Source: Thermoplasmata archaeon
GTDB taxonomy: Archaea; Thermoplasmatota; Thermoplasmata; GCA-020350865
Length of the DNA stretch: 64,000 nucleotides
Direction: 5' to 3'
Assembly: GCA_020348445.1 (NCBI GenBank)
Contig: CP070751.1
Coordinates: forward strand, 407,772 to 471,771
Both the position numbers and the translations under genes were made by a program. Positions 8,701 to 19,000 of the stretch are shown piece by piece; the stretch's first letter is position 1, and the number at the start of each line of letters is the position of its first letter. The notes below the pieces were generated by a model. That model was not told where the DNA came from. It made no database searches and worked only from the letters and a program-made list of their open reading frames with translations.

Positions 8701-11174
8701 CCATCCTCACCGTTGTCCTCTACATCGTTTCCGTCAGCGTATATGTATGCAGATTCACCTCTGTATAGTGATGCCTGACCCTCACCAACCCAGATGGTTA
8801 CAGGGGGATTGTTCAGAACATCCACCATATCAAGGACTTCAAACCAGTTGCTGAAAGCAGGATATGTATCATTGAACCTCACACGGAAGTCGTATATTCC
8901 CAAATCAGCACCATTGGGCGGTGAGAACTCAATTTTCCAGGTTCCATTTTCTCCTGGCTCAGTCTCCTCGTAATATTTAGTTCCAAAATAATTACCAGGG
9001 GTCGTTTCATTTATCCAACCACTCAAATTCAATTTATAAGAGAAATGGGGAGTCAACTTTGCATCGTCGGTATCTTTGGCATCCTCACCCTCTGCCTCGA
9101 TAATTATCGTCTTTCCCCTGTATACATTTCCAGTTGGACCAACTTCGGTTCGAAGGGCCTCGACTATTGGTTTCTCATTGAGGGTCAACACTATAAATTG
9201 AGATATCCACATGTTGGCCATCTTAGTTCCATATCTCCCGGCTTCAGATGCTTCCACTATATGGGGGGTATAGAATGTCCTCCCAGAGGCGGTCTGGATG
9301 AATTCAGTTAAATTAAGGAATTTTACCCTGCCGTCGGAATCGGTTATAAAAGGCTGTCCCGTGGGCTGCCGTGCGCCAAAATAATCGGTGACATAAACCT
9401 CGGCACCAGCCACAGGAGTGGTGTCAAATTCCTGGACTTTGATATGACTGTAAAACTGAGCCTCAAATCGTGAATCTGTGAAGGTCTCAATATGAATCGA
9501 GGTATTATCATCCCAAGTAACGTTGACGAATGTAACATAATTTTCAGGGCGAGTAGGAAACGTATCTTCCTCTACCAGGTAGACTTGAAACGGCACTGGA
9601 TCTGATATAGATGATAAATTATATGTGCTGTTGCAATCGATTACATCTACAGAACCGCGACAATAGAGATTCCAGTTATTTTTATCCATCTGGTTATTTT
9701 CTAGGGATACATTACATACTCTTGAGCTGCCCGAGAGATATATTCCTGCCACTACACCATCTGCCAATGTCCGAACGTTTTCGATAAACCAGTTTTCAGC
9801 AGCATATATTTCATAGCTATTCATGATACCCAAACCGCAGTCCTGGAAGGATGGATCCCCATTATAGGGATAACCATCTCCATTGTTCTCAAACCTGTTT
9901 CTTGTTATATTGAAATCATTTCCAACAACATACAATCCCATATCGTCATTATTTTTAAAGGTGTTGTTGAAAATTAATCCACCATAAGGGGCCATTTGCA
10001 CGCCACAACCGATAGCACCATTATTTTCAAAATGGTTGTTTATCACATCGACTTCACCCGCAGTAAAGATGGCACCTATACCCACATTATCATTGACAAA
10101 ATTATTATTAAAAATAAAATCGATACAACCTATGGCAATAAAATAAGTTTGAGTAATGTTCCCCCCGCCCTGACATATGTAATTATTTCTCATCTCAAAG
10201 CCATTTATACTACGGAAATATGTAAAATCTGTAGAGCCGTTGAGCTCGTTACGTAGAACTTTGATATCAACCCCATTTTCGATATATAGACTGTACTCAG
10301 CATTGGCTGTGATATTATTATCCTGAATTGTAATATAGGAGGATTCCCAAACGCCCAATCCACCACTTATATCCTCTATACCATTGTTTACAAGGGTGTT
10401 GTTATGCACATTAATATATGATGAAGAATTGATTTCTATTCCCCAAGAGCAATTGTAGATGGTATTATCTGGTCCTATATTAAGCGTCTGTAATGAAGTT
10501 CTAAAGGTATTATCCACCAAGATCCCAGTTGCGTTGGGACAGTCGTGAATAGTATTATTCTCGATGGTTATGGAGCTATTGAGAGTGGGATCATATATTA
10601 TTATCCCACCTTCACATTGGGTGATTTCATTACTTAGAATTAATGCATCTCCTCCGATCCACAATCCTCCCTCCTCGGGAAGTGATTCATTATAGGCCCA
10701 ACCACAGTTCATCAATGTGCTGTTTCTCATCTCCAAGTAGCCGTTATCATACGTTAGTGAAGTTGCTGGCATTACTTTAATCCCGAAATTTCCAGTCCCA
10801 TTATTTGTAATAACAGAAGGATCGCCATCGACGTCCTCGATTATCAATATACCCCCGCCTAATATACTCACACCACCTTCAACAGTGATGTTATATGCAC
10901 CATCAAAGGGGCAGTTCATAATCAAGGTCACATTTTGAAGTGTTAATGTCCAGGTATCCTTAATAACTAGATTCCCATTTACTATTATCATGGTGTTGGT
11001 CCAAAGTGGTGTCGTAGAACCATCGACAATCCAATCCCCGGAAGTTTCCCAATGGTCAACAACCCAAACTGGATCACCTGTGCCCTTCACATTCTCAATT
11101 GGTACCATATCCAATATAGCTAGCACACTAAAAATCATCAAGGCAGTAAAGCCTATAGATGTTATTTTTTTCAT
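5754..11174 (-). CDS. Membrane-anchored surface protein: parallel beta-helix, 7 Ig-like repeats, PKD, thrombospondin-type-3-like Ca-binding repeats, C-terminal TM and Pro/Glu tail
   Basis: Signal peptide, then an Asn/Gly/Ile-rich beta-helix (NNTI..N..GI). Repeated N.P...RG..I...A.G.D...YDFRV units. PKD WLWDFGDG...PTHTYDDPGSYTVTVTVTD. DTDDDNDGVLDTEDDFP repeats. A poly-Leu/Ile TM and a tail ending PPPPPPPPE. Confidence 0.85.
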   Translation of the reverse strand: MKKITSIGFTALMIFSVLAILDMVPIENVKGTGDPVWVVDHWETSGDWIVDGSTTPLWTNTMIIVNGNLVIKDTWTLTLQNVTLIMNCPFDGAYNITVEGGVSILGGGILIIEDVDGDPSVITNNGTGNFGIKVMPATSLTYDNGYLEMRNSTLMNCGWAYNESLPEEGGLWIGGDALILSNEITQCEGGIIIYDPTLNSSITIENNTIHDCPNATGILVDNTFRTSLQTLNIGPDNTIYNCSWGIEINSSSYINVHNNTLVNNGIEDISGGLGVWESSYITIQDNNITANAEYSLYIENGVDIKVLRNELNGSTDFTYFRSINGFEMRNNYICQGGGNITQTYFIAIGCIDFIFNNNFVNDNVGIGAIFTAGEVDVINNHFENNGAIGCGVQMAPYGGLIFNNTFKNNDDMGLYVVGNDFNITRNRFENNGDGYPYNGDPSFQDCGLGIMNSYEIYAAENWFIENVRTLADGVVAGIYLSGSSRVCNVSLENNQMDKNNWNLYCRGSVDVIDCNSTYNLSSISDPVPFQVYLVEEDTFPTRPENYVTFVNVTWDDNTSIHIETFTDSRFEAQFYSHIKVQEFDTTPVAGAEVYVTDYFGARQPTGQPFITDSDGRVKFLNLTEFIQTASGRTFYTPHIVEASEAGRYGTKMANMWISQFIVLTLNEKPIVEALRTEVGPTGNVYRGKTIIIEAEGEDAKDTDDAKLTPHFSYKLNLSGWINETTPGNYFGTKYYEETEPGENGTWKIEFSPPNGADLGIYDFRVRFNDTYPAFSNWFEVLDMVDVLNNPPVTIWVGEGQASLYRGESAYIYADGNDVEDNGEDGTWEAQCEYRLNDSSQWSGNYITESVWDSTNSHWRFKFEPPAARPDPHHGLVDFRVRFRDPDLDWGDWYQQDNLVDLLNNHPNVIDLKTGEVEVIRGDSIWLFANGTDLEESILNKSGVEFYYNTSSGGTVWEQTYIGTVEESNGIFYASFNPDENAPLGWYKFKVRITDSDGGYDEHIETALVEVQNNAPQLEDIGVSASTVKKGVEFIYIYLNASDYETSENQLTVTVQWQYNESTPQGWSVGYVTTKEYIGTPPSGRWRIKFEPGIDMQLGRYDFRAKVEDADGEESVGPSWIAIARAVEVQVPEPEIQSILFDSQQIYRTQSLYIVLNTIDQLEYEPNMTVEGEFLKPGQTAWTKFKDSNLISIYYADTNSNLYDDTGYWIIEFTPTETEKDGEYAFRVKVKNSAGGYSDGGAWTTAWPGNDNKVDVLNNPPSAIALELEDENIDTVKRGGTILLIANGYDVETHERDLETILEWNDGTGWDTDDSYFDIYYSGGKWKIEFTPPKLKTFTVGNYSFRIKFEDDEEDESDWTTANNLLKVLNVKPEVTDLDVSEEEGYRGEEITITANGQDVDFAPSTESHFTVEFQYRGQTGDWLSNSSILKGLKYINEEWQITFAPITEMGIGDYDFQVRFSDGVDWSDWKVKNNVFELKNKDPEVTILTQGGTQDSFSITFLADGTDYETPPNDLVWLWDFGDGDTSSEPSPTHTYDDPGSYTVTVTVTDDEGDTATDVITITILEDTDGDGEFDEFDTDDDNDGVLDTEDDFPKDPNETKDSDDDGIGDNADTDDDNDGVLDTEDDFPFDPEESKDTDGDSIGDNKDTDDDGDGIPDVIDLDPLDPDVTEKEETEEPDLLIPILLLIIIILLIIIIFLLLTITKMKTIKELPEEEKTELEPEKEIPSEEPPSPEIDEEPSSEISKEPDEPSEPPATTPTPSEEGLPEGPSEDTPEPSETPETPESDQPEEGKKNDLPPPPPPPPE
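6290..6437. repeat. Intragenic near-exact DNA duplication (about 45 nt, about 102-nt period) encoding DDDNDGVLDTEDDFP
   Basis: AAATCATCCTCGGTATCTAAAACGCCATCATT(G/A)TCGTCATC occurs twice. Confidence 0.85.
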
Positions 11175-11266
11175 ATTGCTTACCCCCTCGCCTAGGGCAT
11201 TCCTTTAAATAGGGTCTGTTTACCCAATTTAATAATGTACATTTTTTCATATATATATATTATTCC

Positions 11267-11291
11267 TGGTAATTACCATAGATAACCATAT
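11267..11291 (-). promoter_or_regulatory. Candidate transcription-factor site upstream of the TATA box of the 11174 gene
   Basis: Minus strand ATATGGTTATCTATGGTAATTACCA contains the 12-bp palindrome TGGTAATTACCA, just upstream of a TATATATAT run. Confidence 0.35.
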
Positions 11292-11317
11292 TTAAAAAAT
11301 ATTATACGTGAATTTGT

Positions 11318-14300
11318 CTAATATTGCTTCATTCTTGGATCATCGTAGTAAGCCTGCACATGATAAGGCCCTTTTTCTTTTTCCTTTTTATTTCTTGAGG
11401 CCAAAACCACAGCCGCGATAATAACAATCAATACAATTATCACAATCAGTATCAAAAACCAAAGCCACGGATTTTCCTCAACCGAAGATGTATCCAAGGG
11501 TATAGGTCCGGTGTCACCATCCCCATCATCCTTCGCCTTCTCAATAACCACAATGGTTTCAACAGGCTCTGACCAGGCTCCACTATCGTCCATGACCTTG
11601 AAGGTGATGACATGGGTTCCCACATCAAGATCAGAGGTGCTAAAAGACCTTTCCTGGTTGAGTTGTCCATCCATATCAGATTCCCATAAATATTCCACTA
11701 TCCGGCCGTCATCATCTTCACCATGACCAATAAATGTCACGATCTCTCCCTTCTTAGCTTTTGTTGGGGAGACCTCGTCTATAAAGGCTTTTGGTATCAC
11801 ATTTTGTGGCTCGTTTACCGTCAATTCATCCTCAACACCCTCTGACCATTCACCTTTATCGTCCCTTACATAGAAGGTGATTGTATGCTCCCCTATAGAA
11901 AGGGATGCTGTGGAAAAGTAACTTCTGGAGCTTAGTTCACCATCTTTATCAGATTCCCATCTATAACCCAGGATATCCCCGTCATCTGTTCCGTATCCGG
12001 TAAATGTGACGAACTCTCCTGCCAAGGCAGGATTCGGTGATATGGACTCGATGTGGGCCTGGGGGATCTGATTGATATCAAGTGTGTCAGATTCTTCCTC
12101 TGACCAAACGCCATCATCATCCCTGACCTTGAAATAGATTATATGCGATCCAGCTGATAGACTGGATGTGCTGAACGATGCTGAGCTGCTTATAAATCCA
12201 TTGATGCTCGATCGCCAGTTGTATGCTGTGATGTCCCTGTCATCGGATCCCTCTCCTGAGAATGTTATGGTATCTCCCAGGTTAGCTGTTTTAGGTGTTA
12301 TATAATTGATATCAGCCTCAGGAATTTGATTGATACGAAGATAAGTAAAGTTGTAGTCAGACCACACACCTTCATCGTCCCTTACGCAGAAGGATATAAT
12401 ATGTTCTCCCCAGGAAAGTGCCGATAAGTTAAAATCGGGCTGATTGGAAAGCCATCCATCCCTATCTGATCTCCAGTCGTAGCCTGCGATGTTCCCATCG
12501 TCTGTTCCGTGGCCTACAAAGTGAACAGGGCTGCCGTAGGTTGCGGGATTTGGAGATATGGAATCTATTATGGCAATGGGTTTCTGATTGCCCGGAAGCA
12601 CCGTGATGGTGGCCTTTGATTCCAGGCTTTCGAGCATGGTCTCATCCCTGACTTTCAGGGATGCGTTGAAAATACCAGGGGAAGAATACGCATGATATAC
12701 AATGGGGGTCGATACCCAATCAGAATTGGTTCCATCGCCGAAATCGAAGAAGTACTGTAATGCCCCCTCTCCAGTGGACAAAGAGCCATCGAATTCCAGG
12801 ACATCCCCGATTTTGACCGTGTCATCCGAGACTTCAAGAACCGCAATTGGTGGGATACCAATTGTCCCATATATGAAATTGTAACCTCCAAAGGAGCCTA
12901 AGATCTCATTGCCTATTAGCACATCCACATCTGCAACATGAAGTAACTTTATAGTTGCAGTAACCTCGGCCCTCTGCCAGATTTCTTGATAATCCCCAGT
13001 AGTATGTTCATAAACGAAAATTCCCAATTCGCCAAATATCAAAAGCTCGTCTCCTCCCACTGGAATGTTCGCGCTCGCAAAGCACTCGTCTATGAAGGTT
13101 ATATAATCCCCTGTGCTCCATTCCCGTGTGTAAACAGTGGTTTCGTCGCCACTGTTGTTGCCGATTACCTCCAAGAGGCCTGTGAATGCCCCTTTTGTGA
13201 TCATCTCCAGCTTGCCGTCGTTATCCACATCCCTTACATCCAATGCATAATTCTCTGAATCGATTGGGATCGTGTCAGTTTCAATGAATGTGGCTCCGTT
13301 GTATTCGAACAACCTCAGAAGATTTGTCCCAATATCTGAATCGTAATCCTCGCAAATTATCTCTTTATGCCCGTCATCATCCACATCTCCAACTGCCACA
13401 CCCATGATCCAATTGTAAAAGAAACCGCTTTCCCAGACCACAGAATATCCCGGATCATTGAACTGAATCACCCGCATTTGCCCAACAAAAGGGTCATTGT
13501 TTGGCTCGTCAAAACCTGTTCCCGCCAGTACGATCTCTGGGATATCATCCTCGTCTATATCACCCACTTCAATACAAAAGGTACTGCCTGTTTCCACACG
13601 GAGTTGGCTCTCTAAAACATAATCTGGATCAGAGTACCCCACGATATAGAGATCACAAGCATAGTTTCCCCCTCTGAAGATGAAGTTACTTGTCCAGAAC
13701 ATACTTGTATTTCCTTCCACAACAATTATCTCCTCTTCACCATCATCGTCTACATCTGCAACAGCGAGATGGGTGATGGTCTTGGTCGAAACCTTGATTG
13801 AATTCTCAATTACCAAGGTATCGCCAATAAGATTGGTGACAAGGACACTTCCGTTTCCCATTCCCATATAAATCTCGTTCACACCATCTTCATCCAAATC
13901 CGCGGAACTGATACTTTCTACGGCCCCTACATTAACGCTCTGGGACATGATAAAGTAAGTATCACCGTCATATGAATGCACATAGAACTTGTAATTTGTG
14001 CCGCAGAGAACCTCTTCTGTAGCTCCATCCAAATCAATATCTCCGCTTCCCATACCGTATACGAATGAGTCCAGGCCAAGGCTCTTGAAAACTTCCTGGT
14101 ACTGACCTGGGAAGTAATGAAAAACAGAGATATTATTCCAGCTGCCAATTATGATAGAATCGAATTCGGCGTCGTCGATTCTCGCCACTGTAAGTGCGTA
14201 TGTCGCCTCACCATCGCTTACCCATTGGGATATGTACGCAAAACTGAAGTAACTATAGACATGAATCTCTCCAAAGTAGAGGCCGATTACTATCTCCAGA

Positions 14301-15325
14301 TCAGCATCCAAATCGGTATTACCTATATCCATTCCAATTATCCACTCCCCAAAATCATCACTCTGCCATTCCAGGGAACCGGAACCATGGGTGTAGCCAA
14401 AGACATAGAACCTACCTCCGAACTGGCCGCTGGGTCTGGGATTGGGGGGAATGGGATTTACAGGGGGATCATTTTGGAGGATCTCGTTCTCGTACGATGC
14501 AAACACGATCTCTTTAGCCCCGTCATCATCCACATCTCCCACCTCTACATTGAACAATCCTAGGTATCCCAGTGTGGTGGGTAAAGCAAAAGTCCATTCT
14601 TCAATATATGAAGAGCCATCCCAGGAGTAAATGAAGATATTATCATCCAGGATTTCTGTATAACTGGCTCCTGCTATTATCTCTATTGCCCCGTCCTCAT
14701 CAACATCGTCGGTTGTGAGGCCGTACAAATCATTACCAAGATCAGGGCTGGTCCATTCCAGAACGTAAGTTGTTCCATTGTGACCGTAAATATTCATGAA
14801 TCCCTCCTGATCTCCCACGATGATTTCCATTGTTCCATCTAAATCAACATCATCAAGGGAAAGGCCGTAGGCAAAGGTACCAATATCGACCTTCCATTCT
14901 TCAATGTAACCTGTGTCTGATTTGCCGGTGACGTAAACAAGACCCTCGTAGTTGCTGAATACGATTTCCTGCTCTCCGTCGTTATCCACATCCGCGGATT
15001 TTATTGAGTTCATATAACCGATTATGGATCCAAATCCGTCAAACCATTTCAAATCCAAATCGAGCTCTTCCCCTGCTCTGGTTGATCTTGCAGAAGGTTT
15101 AAACTCGGCAGGATTGGCATGCTCAACTATCGGAATGTCTTGATCGGGATCGGGTTGTAAAGATGGATTTTCAAACGTGAAATCATAGGATGCAATCTGT
15201 TGGCTGAAAAGGAACATCCCTGGATATAATGGAGAAAGGACCATCAAGGCTAGGGCAATTGGTAATGCCACATTCTTGATATTATTCAAATTAATATTTT
15301 CTTTGTTCATTATATCCACCGTCAC
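11318..15325 (-). CDS. Membrane-anchored FG-GAP repeat protein with about 5 PKD/Ig-like domains
   Basis: N-terminal signal/TM. Many DVDxDGxxEI repeats. PKD (YFFDFGDG...YHAYSSPG). Four P.A.I..ISP...Y.W.SD.DG...H.I.F.V.DD.G.WS repeats. A C-terminal TM followed by basic residues. Confidence 0.85.
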   Translation of the reverse strand: MTVDIMNKENINLNNIKNVALPIALALMVLSPLYPGMFLFSQQIASYDFTFENPSLQPDPDQDIPIVEHANPAEFKPSARSTRAGEELDLDLKWFDGFGSIIGYMNSIKSADVDNDGEQEIVFSNYEGLVYVTGKSDTGYIEEWKVDIGTFAYGLSLDDVDLDGTMEIIVGDQEGFMNIYGHNGTTYVLEWTSPDLGNDLYGLTTDDVDEDGAIEIIAGASYTEILDDNIFIYSWDGSSYIEEWTFALPTTLGYLGLFNVEVGDVDDDGAKEIVFASYENEILQNDPPVNPIPPNPRPSGQFGGRFYVFGYTHGSGSLEWQSDDFGEWIIGMDIGNTDLDADLEIVIGLYFGEIHVYSYFSFAYISQWVSDGEATYALTVARIDDAEFDSIIIGSWNNISVFHYFPGQYQEVFKSLGLDSFVYGMGSGDIDLDGATEEVLCGTNYKFYVHSYDGDTYFIMSQSVNVGAVESISSADLDEDGVNEIYMGMGNGSVLVTNLIGDTLVIENSIKVSTKTITHLAVADVDDDGEEEIIVVEGNTSMFWTSNFIFRGGNYACDLYIVGYSDPDYVLESQLRVETGSTFCIEVGDIDEDDIPEIVLAGTGFDEPNNDPFVGQMRVIQFNDPGYSVVWESGFFYNWIMGVAVGDVDDDGHKEIICEDYDSDIGTNLLRLFEYNGATFIETDTIPIDSENYALDVRDVDNDGKLEMITKGAFTGLLEVIGNNSGDETTVYTREWSTGDYITFIDECFASANIPVGGDELLIFGELGIFVYEHTTGDYQEIWQRAEVTATIKLLHVADVDVLIGNEILGSFGGYNFIYGTIGIPPIAVLEVSDDTVKIGDVLEFDGSLSTGEGALQYFFDFGDGTNSDWVSTPIVYHAYSSPGIFNASLKVRDETMLESLESKATITVLPGNQKPIAIIDSISPNPATYGSPVHFVGHGTDDGNIAGYDWRSDRDGWLSNQPDFNLSALSWGEHIISFCVRDDEGVWSDYNFTYLRINQIPEADINYITPKTANLGDTITFSGEGSDDRDITAYNWRSSINGFISSSASFSTSSLSAGSHIIYFKVRDDDGVWSEEESDTLDINQIPQAHIESISPNPALAGEFVTFTGYGTDDGDILGYRWESDKDGELSSRSYFSTASLSIGEHTITFYVRDDKGEWSEGVEDELTVNEPQNVIPKAFIDEVSPTKAKKGEIVTFIGHGEDDDGRIVEYLWESDMDGQLNQERSFSTSDLDVGTHVITFKVMDDSGAWSEPVETIVVIEKAKDDGDGDTGPIPLDTSSVEENPWLWFLILIVIIVLIVIIAAVVLASRNKKEKEKGPYHVQAYYDDPRMKQY

Positions 15326-15450
15326 GAATTTATAAAGAGCAACTTCCTAGGTTTCGCCCTTCAATTAACTTAATGTACTTAATTGTATAAAGGTTTATAG
15401 GAAGTGCAATGTGGCTCTTCGAAAATTATAGAAAAAAAACGGAAAAACTT

Positions 15451-15532
15451 GACCCCCAACTCCCCTCAGGAGGAAAAATTTTCGGGTCAGATAGCCGCGT
15501 TTGTGCGAGGAAGGGTCGGGAAATTGGGGGCC
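15451..15532 (-). ncRNA. 82-nt structured element closed by a 15-bp stem and followed by a U-tract (terminator, sRNA or switch)
   Basis: Minus strand GGCCCCCAAUUUCCC pairs with GGGGAGUUGGGGGUC using three G-U pairs, which work only on this strand. UUUUUCCGUUUUUUUU follows. Confidence 0.4.
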
Positions 15533-15564
15533 AGTTAGCGTAATTTATTATGATTTCATATTTT

Positions 15565-15720
15565 CTATTTCTTTTTTCTATTGGTACCCACGGGATTTGC
15601 AGTGGGAAAGATTCGGGTTTGGATAAGGTCCTGAATGCTCTCAAGTTGATCCTCGATTCTTCCTAGTCGACAGTTCATACAGTTACAGCCCTTAAGTGGT
15701 TCTGAATTGTTTTTCGTCGT
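15565..15720 (-). CDS. Possible 51-aa small protein with an ACG start (or a decayed ATG), CxCxxC motif
   Basis: GAGGTGA-gact-ACG has the same SD spacing as GAGGTGA-ggat-ATG at 28566. The frame TKNNSEPLKGCNCMNCRLGRIEDQLESIQDLIQTRIFPTANPVGTNRKKK is open to TAG. Confidence 0.3.
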   Translation of the reverse strand, partial: TTKNNSEPLKGCNCMNCRLGRIEDQLESIQDLIQTRIFPTANPVGTNRKKK

Positions 15721-15729
15721 AGTCTCACC

Positions 15730-15894
15730 TCATAACGCCTCTATACCAGTTGGCTGTTGTTTTGAGTAGACTCCCATGGTCCTTACCCTGCCCATGAATC
15801 GGGATAGTTTATCCCAGATTATGGTGTCCTCTGGGATGTCCTCTACGATTGGGAGTAGGCCGTTCCATCTGATTATCATTTTACCATCTTTCAT
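15730..15894 (-). CDS. Small hypothetical protein, 54 aa (below the ORF-track cutoff)
   Basis: MKDGKMIIRWNGLLPIVEDIPEDTIIWDKLSRFMGRVRTMGVYSKQQPTGIEAL, with purine-rich AAGGTAAGGAAC before the ATG. Confidence 0.4.
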   Translation of the reverse strand: MKDGKMIIRWNGLLPIVEDIPEDTIIWDKLSRFMGRVRTMGVYSKQQPTGIEAL

Positions 15895-16013
15895 GTTCCT
15901 TACCTTCTACCCGAAACTTTGTCTTTGTTAATATGAAAGGGTAACCATACATTAAAACTTGTTGTAAATAATATGCAAAGATAGGGGAAGATAGGAGCAG
16001 AATGCCCACAAAA

Positions 16014-19000
16014 TCATAGGATTTCTTTGCCTTTTTCTGTCAAAACTAGGTATTTGAATCTACCGCTTTTCCTCTCCATTATCAGGCCTTTGTCCACAAG
16101 TTCCCTTATTCTTTTTCTTGCCGTTGTCCTTGAGATTCTAAACCCGTCACCCACATGCTTGTAAGATGGGCTTTCACCCACCATATTTCGCTTGTTCACG
16201 AACTCCAGAAGATCGAGAAGATCTGCTGATAATCTTTCCTCGAGTTTCTTCTCTAAAACAGAGGATTCTTTTTCGAGGAGGCTCAATTCTTGGGGATTCA
16301 ATGTACCCGGATCAAGGGAGATGATCAAGGTGGCCTTACGATCATAGAATATCTCGTTCAGATGCTGGACAAAATTCAAAGCCTCTTTGAAGCTGTTTTG
16401 GGTAACCAGATAATCGAAGCGATCAAGAAGCACGAAGGTGGTTCTGTCTATGTTATCATCGATTATCTTCTCTAAAAGAGGAAACTCTGGTTTGACGGAG
16501 GCCTTGTCCTTGGGATTCTTTGTCATCCAGAAGATGGGAATATTCAAATCGATTTCCCTTTTTATCTTCTCGGGGTGCTCCCTTGTGATTATGAGCCCCT
16601 TGAAGTGATTCTTGTAAAGCTCGAAAACCACATCTTTTCCCCTTTCAAGCTCCTTTTCCTTTATCAGATAGGTCGAGCCTTTTTTGATCTTGTATTTCAT
16701 CAACTCTTCCCTTGCGATCTCCTCTCTCTTTCTTTCCGAGATATCTGTTATCACAGCCAGAACACCCCTAAAGACCCCGTCCTTCATCTGGGGCGAAGCA
16801 GAGATCAGAACCGGAAGCTCTGTTCTGTTTTTCTTGAGTAAAACGGCCTCGAACCTGTCCTGCTCTCCCCTGAGGTTTTCTGCAAAACAGTCCCTCATAC
16901 GTCTGTGAAAATCAGTAGCCAGTATGTCCTCCCAGTGATTACCTATGAGTTTCGCGCTTTTGTACCCAAGCACCTTTTCCACCTTGGGATTTATGAAGCT
17001 AACTGTACCTTCTTCATCCAGGATCATGATGCCCTCTGCCATGGACTGCACAATGGATTCGTTGAACTCCTTTAGCTCTCTTACCTCCTCCTCGGCCTTC
17101 TTTCTCTGTGTGATGTCATGGGATATGATTTGAACTCCTATGACATTGCCACTGGCATCTCTCATGGGATGGTAATGCGACCTATACCATCCTATTCCAG
17201 TGGGAAGCTCCACAATATCTTCATGTTCTTCACTTCCCAGGGACTCAGCTACCCGACGAATCCTCTTCAGGCTGGTATCTGCAAGATCCCGTTGGAACAT
17301 ATCACTTATGTGCTTTCCTAAAAAGTCGTCGGGTACACCTCCAAGCCCCTCTGCTGCATTGTGATTCATGGCAAGGATAAAACCTTCTGGACTAAAGTAG
17401 GTGATAATATCACCTGATTGGTCGAGCAACATCCTGTATTTTTGTTCACTTTCTCGCAGTGCCTCCTCGGACCGAATTCGTTCAAATGCATTTGTAAATA
17501 TTTCTGAGACCATGTGCAAAATCGATATGATATCGTCAGGCCAGCTTCTTTTTTTTCGAATGGAATCGAAGCCAACAAATCCGTACAAGGAACTCTCAAT
17601 CACGATGGGAACAGCTAAAAGTGATTTGATTTTTGTCTTCTTAAGAAATTTTTTATAGTAACTGGCATCTTTTGGAAGCTCCTCGACATTTGGGACGTCC
17701 ATGGGAAACAGTTTTTTTAACCTATCTATTCCCCATGAGAAGGATTCCACATCCAGGTTCTGCAGCTGATCCTTAAGGGATTTTATACCATCAGCACACC
17801 ACTCGTGGGTATTGCTGAATTTCTTGCCCTCATCATGCAATAGAAAAACAAAACTGCGATCCACATCTGCAAAACTTCCAATTTCTTTTAAGGCCATGTT
17901 AATTCCGTCGTCGATTTCCTCGGTTTTTAAGTATATGAAATGAGTGGAGAAAGTTGTGATAAGCTCCTCGAAGGCCAATCTATACCTTAGATCTTCTGTG
18001 GCCTTCTTGCGGTCTGTAATGTCCCTTGTTGTTGCAATGAAACCCTTTGGTTTTCCAAAGGCATCCTTGATTACAGCTGCACTCAGCTCACCTGTATAGG
18101 TGGTTCCATCCTTTCTTAGCATTGTGTATTCGGCATTTTTTAAAACTCCTTGTTTTATGGTTTTTCGTAGATTTTTAAGTGCTCTGTTTTTGTCCTCTTC
18201 TGCAATGAAATCAAAGGCATTTTTACCAATCACTTCCTTGGCTTTTTTAAAACCAGAGAGTTCAAGTGTTTCGTCTGATACAAAGGTAATCTGTCCTTCC
18301 AAGTCTGTAACTGTTATGGGATCTGGTGATGTTTTGATCAGTGACCTGTACATTTCCTCGCTCTCTTTTAATGCCTCCTCCACTTTCTTTCTCTCAGTAA
18401 TATCGCGAACAATACCCTGGATAACTTTCTTTTCGCCTATCTCAAAAAGGCTTGACGAAACCTCGGCAGGAAAGATATCACCATTTTTCTTCTTAAAATT
18501 GATTTCAAAGTTCACAAATCCTTTCTTTGATATTGTTTTGAAGGCCTTCTCTGATTTTTTTAACTCACTGGGTGGATGTAGTTTTGGTATTTTGAGTTTT
18601 AAAATCTCCTTTCTCGAATATCCAAAAATATCTAAAACCCTCTGGTTGGCATCGACAATGTTGCCTTTTACATCATGTAAAATGATGGCATCGTTGGATT
18701 GATGAAAGAGATTGCTGAATTTTTCCTCACTTTCTTTGAGCTTCTCCTCGGCTATCCTACGTTCAGAAAGGTTCCTTGAAATGCCTAAAAATGCCTTTGG
18801 TTCTCCCTTTTCGTCATAGACCAAGGATGCATTGAACTCAACTGGTATTAAACTTCCATCCTTTTTCACAAAATTGAACTCCACATTATTGACCTTCCCT
18901 TTTTCAATCATCTCACCAACATTTTCCATTATCCGGGGTTGATCCTCCTGAGCCATCAAATCAAAGGCACTCATACCAATAAGTTCCTCAGGACTATCAT

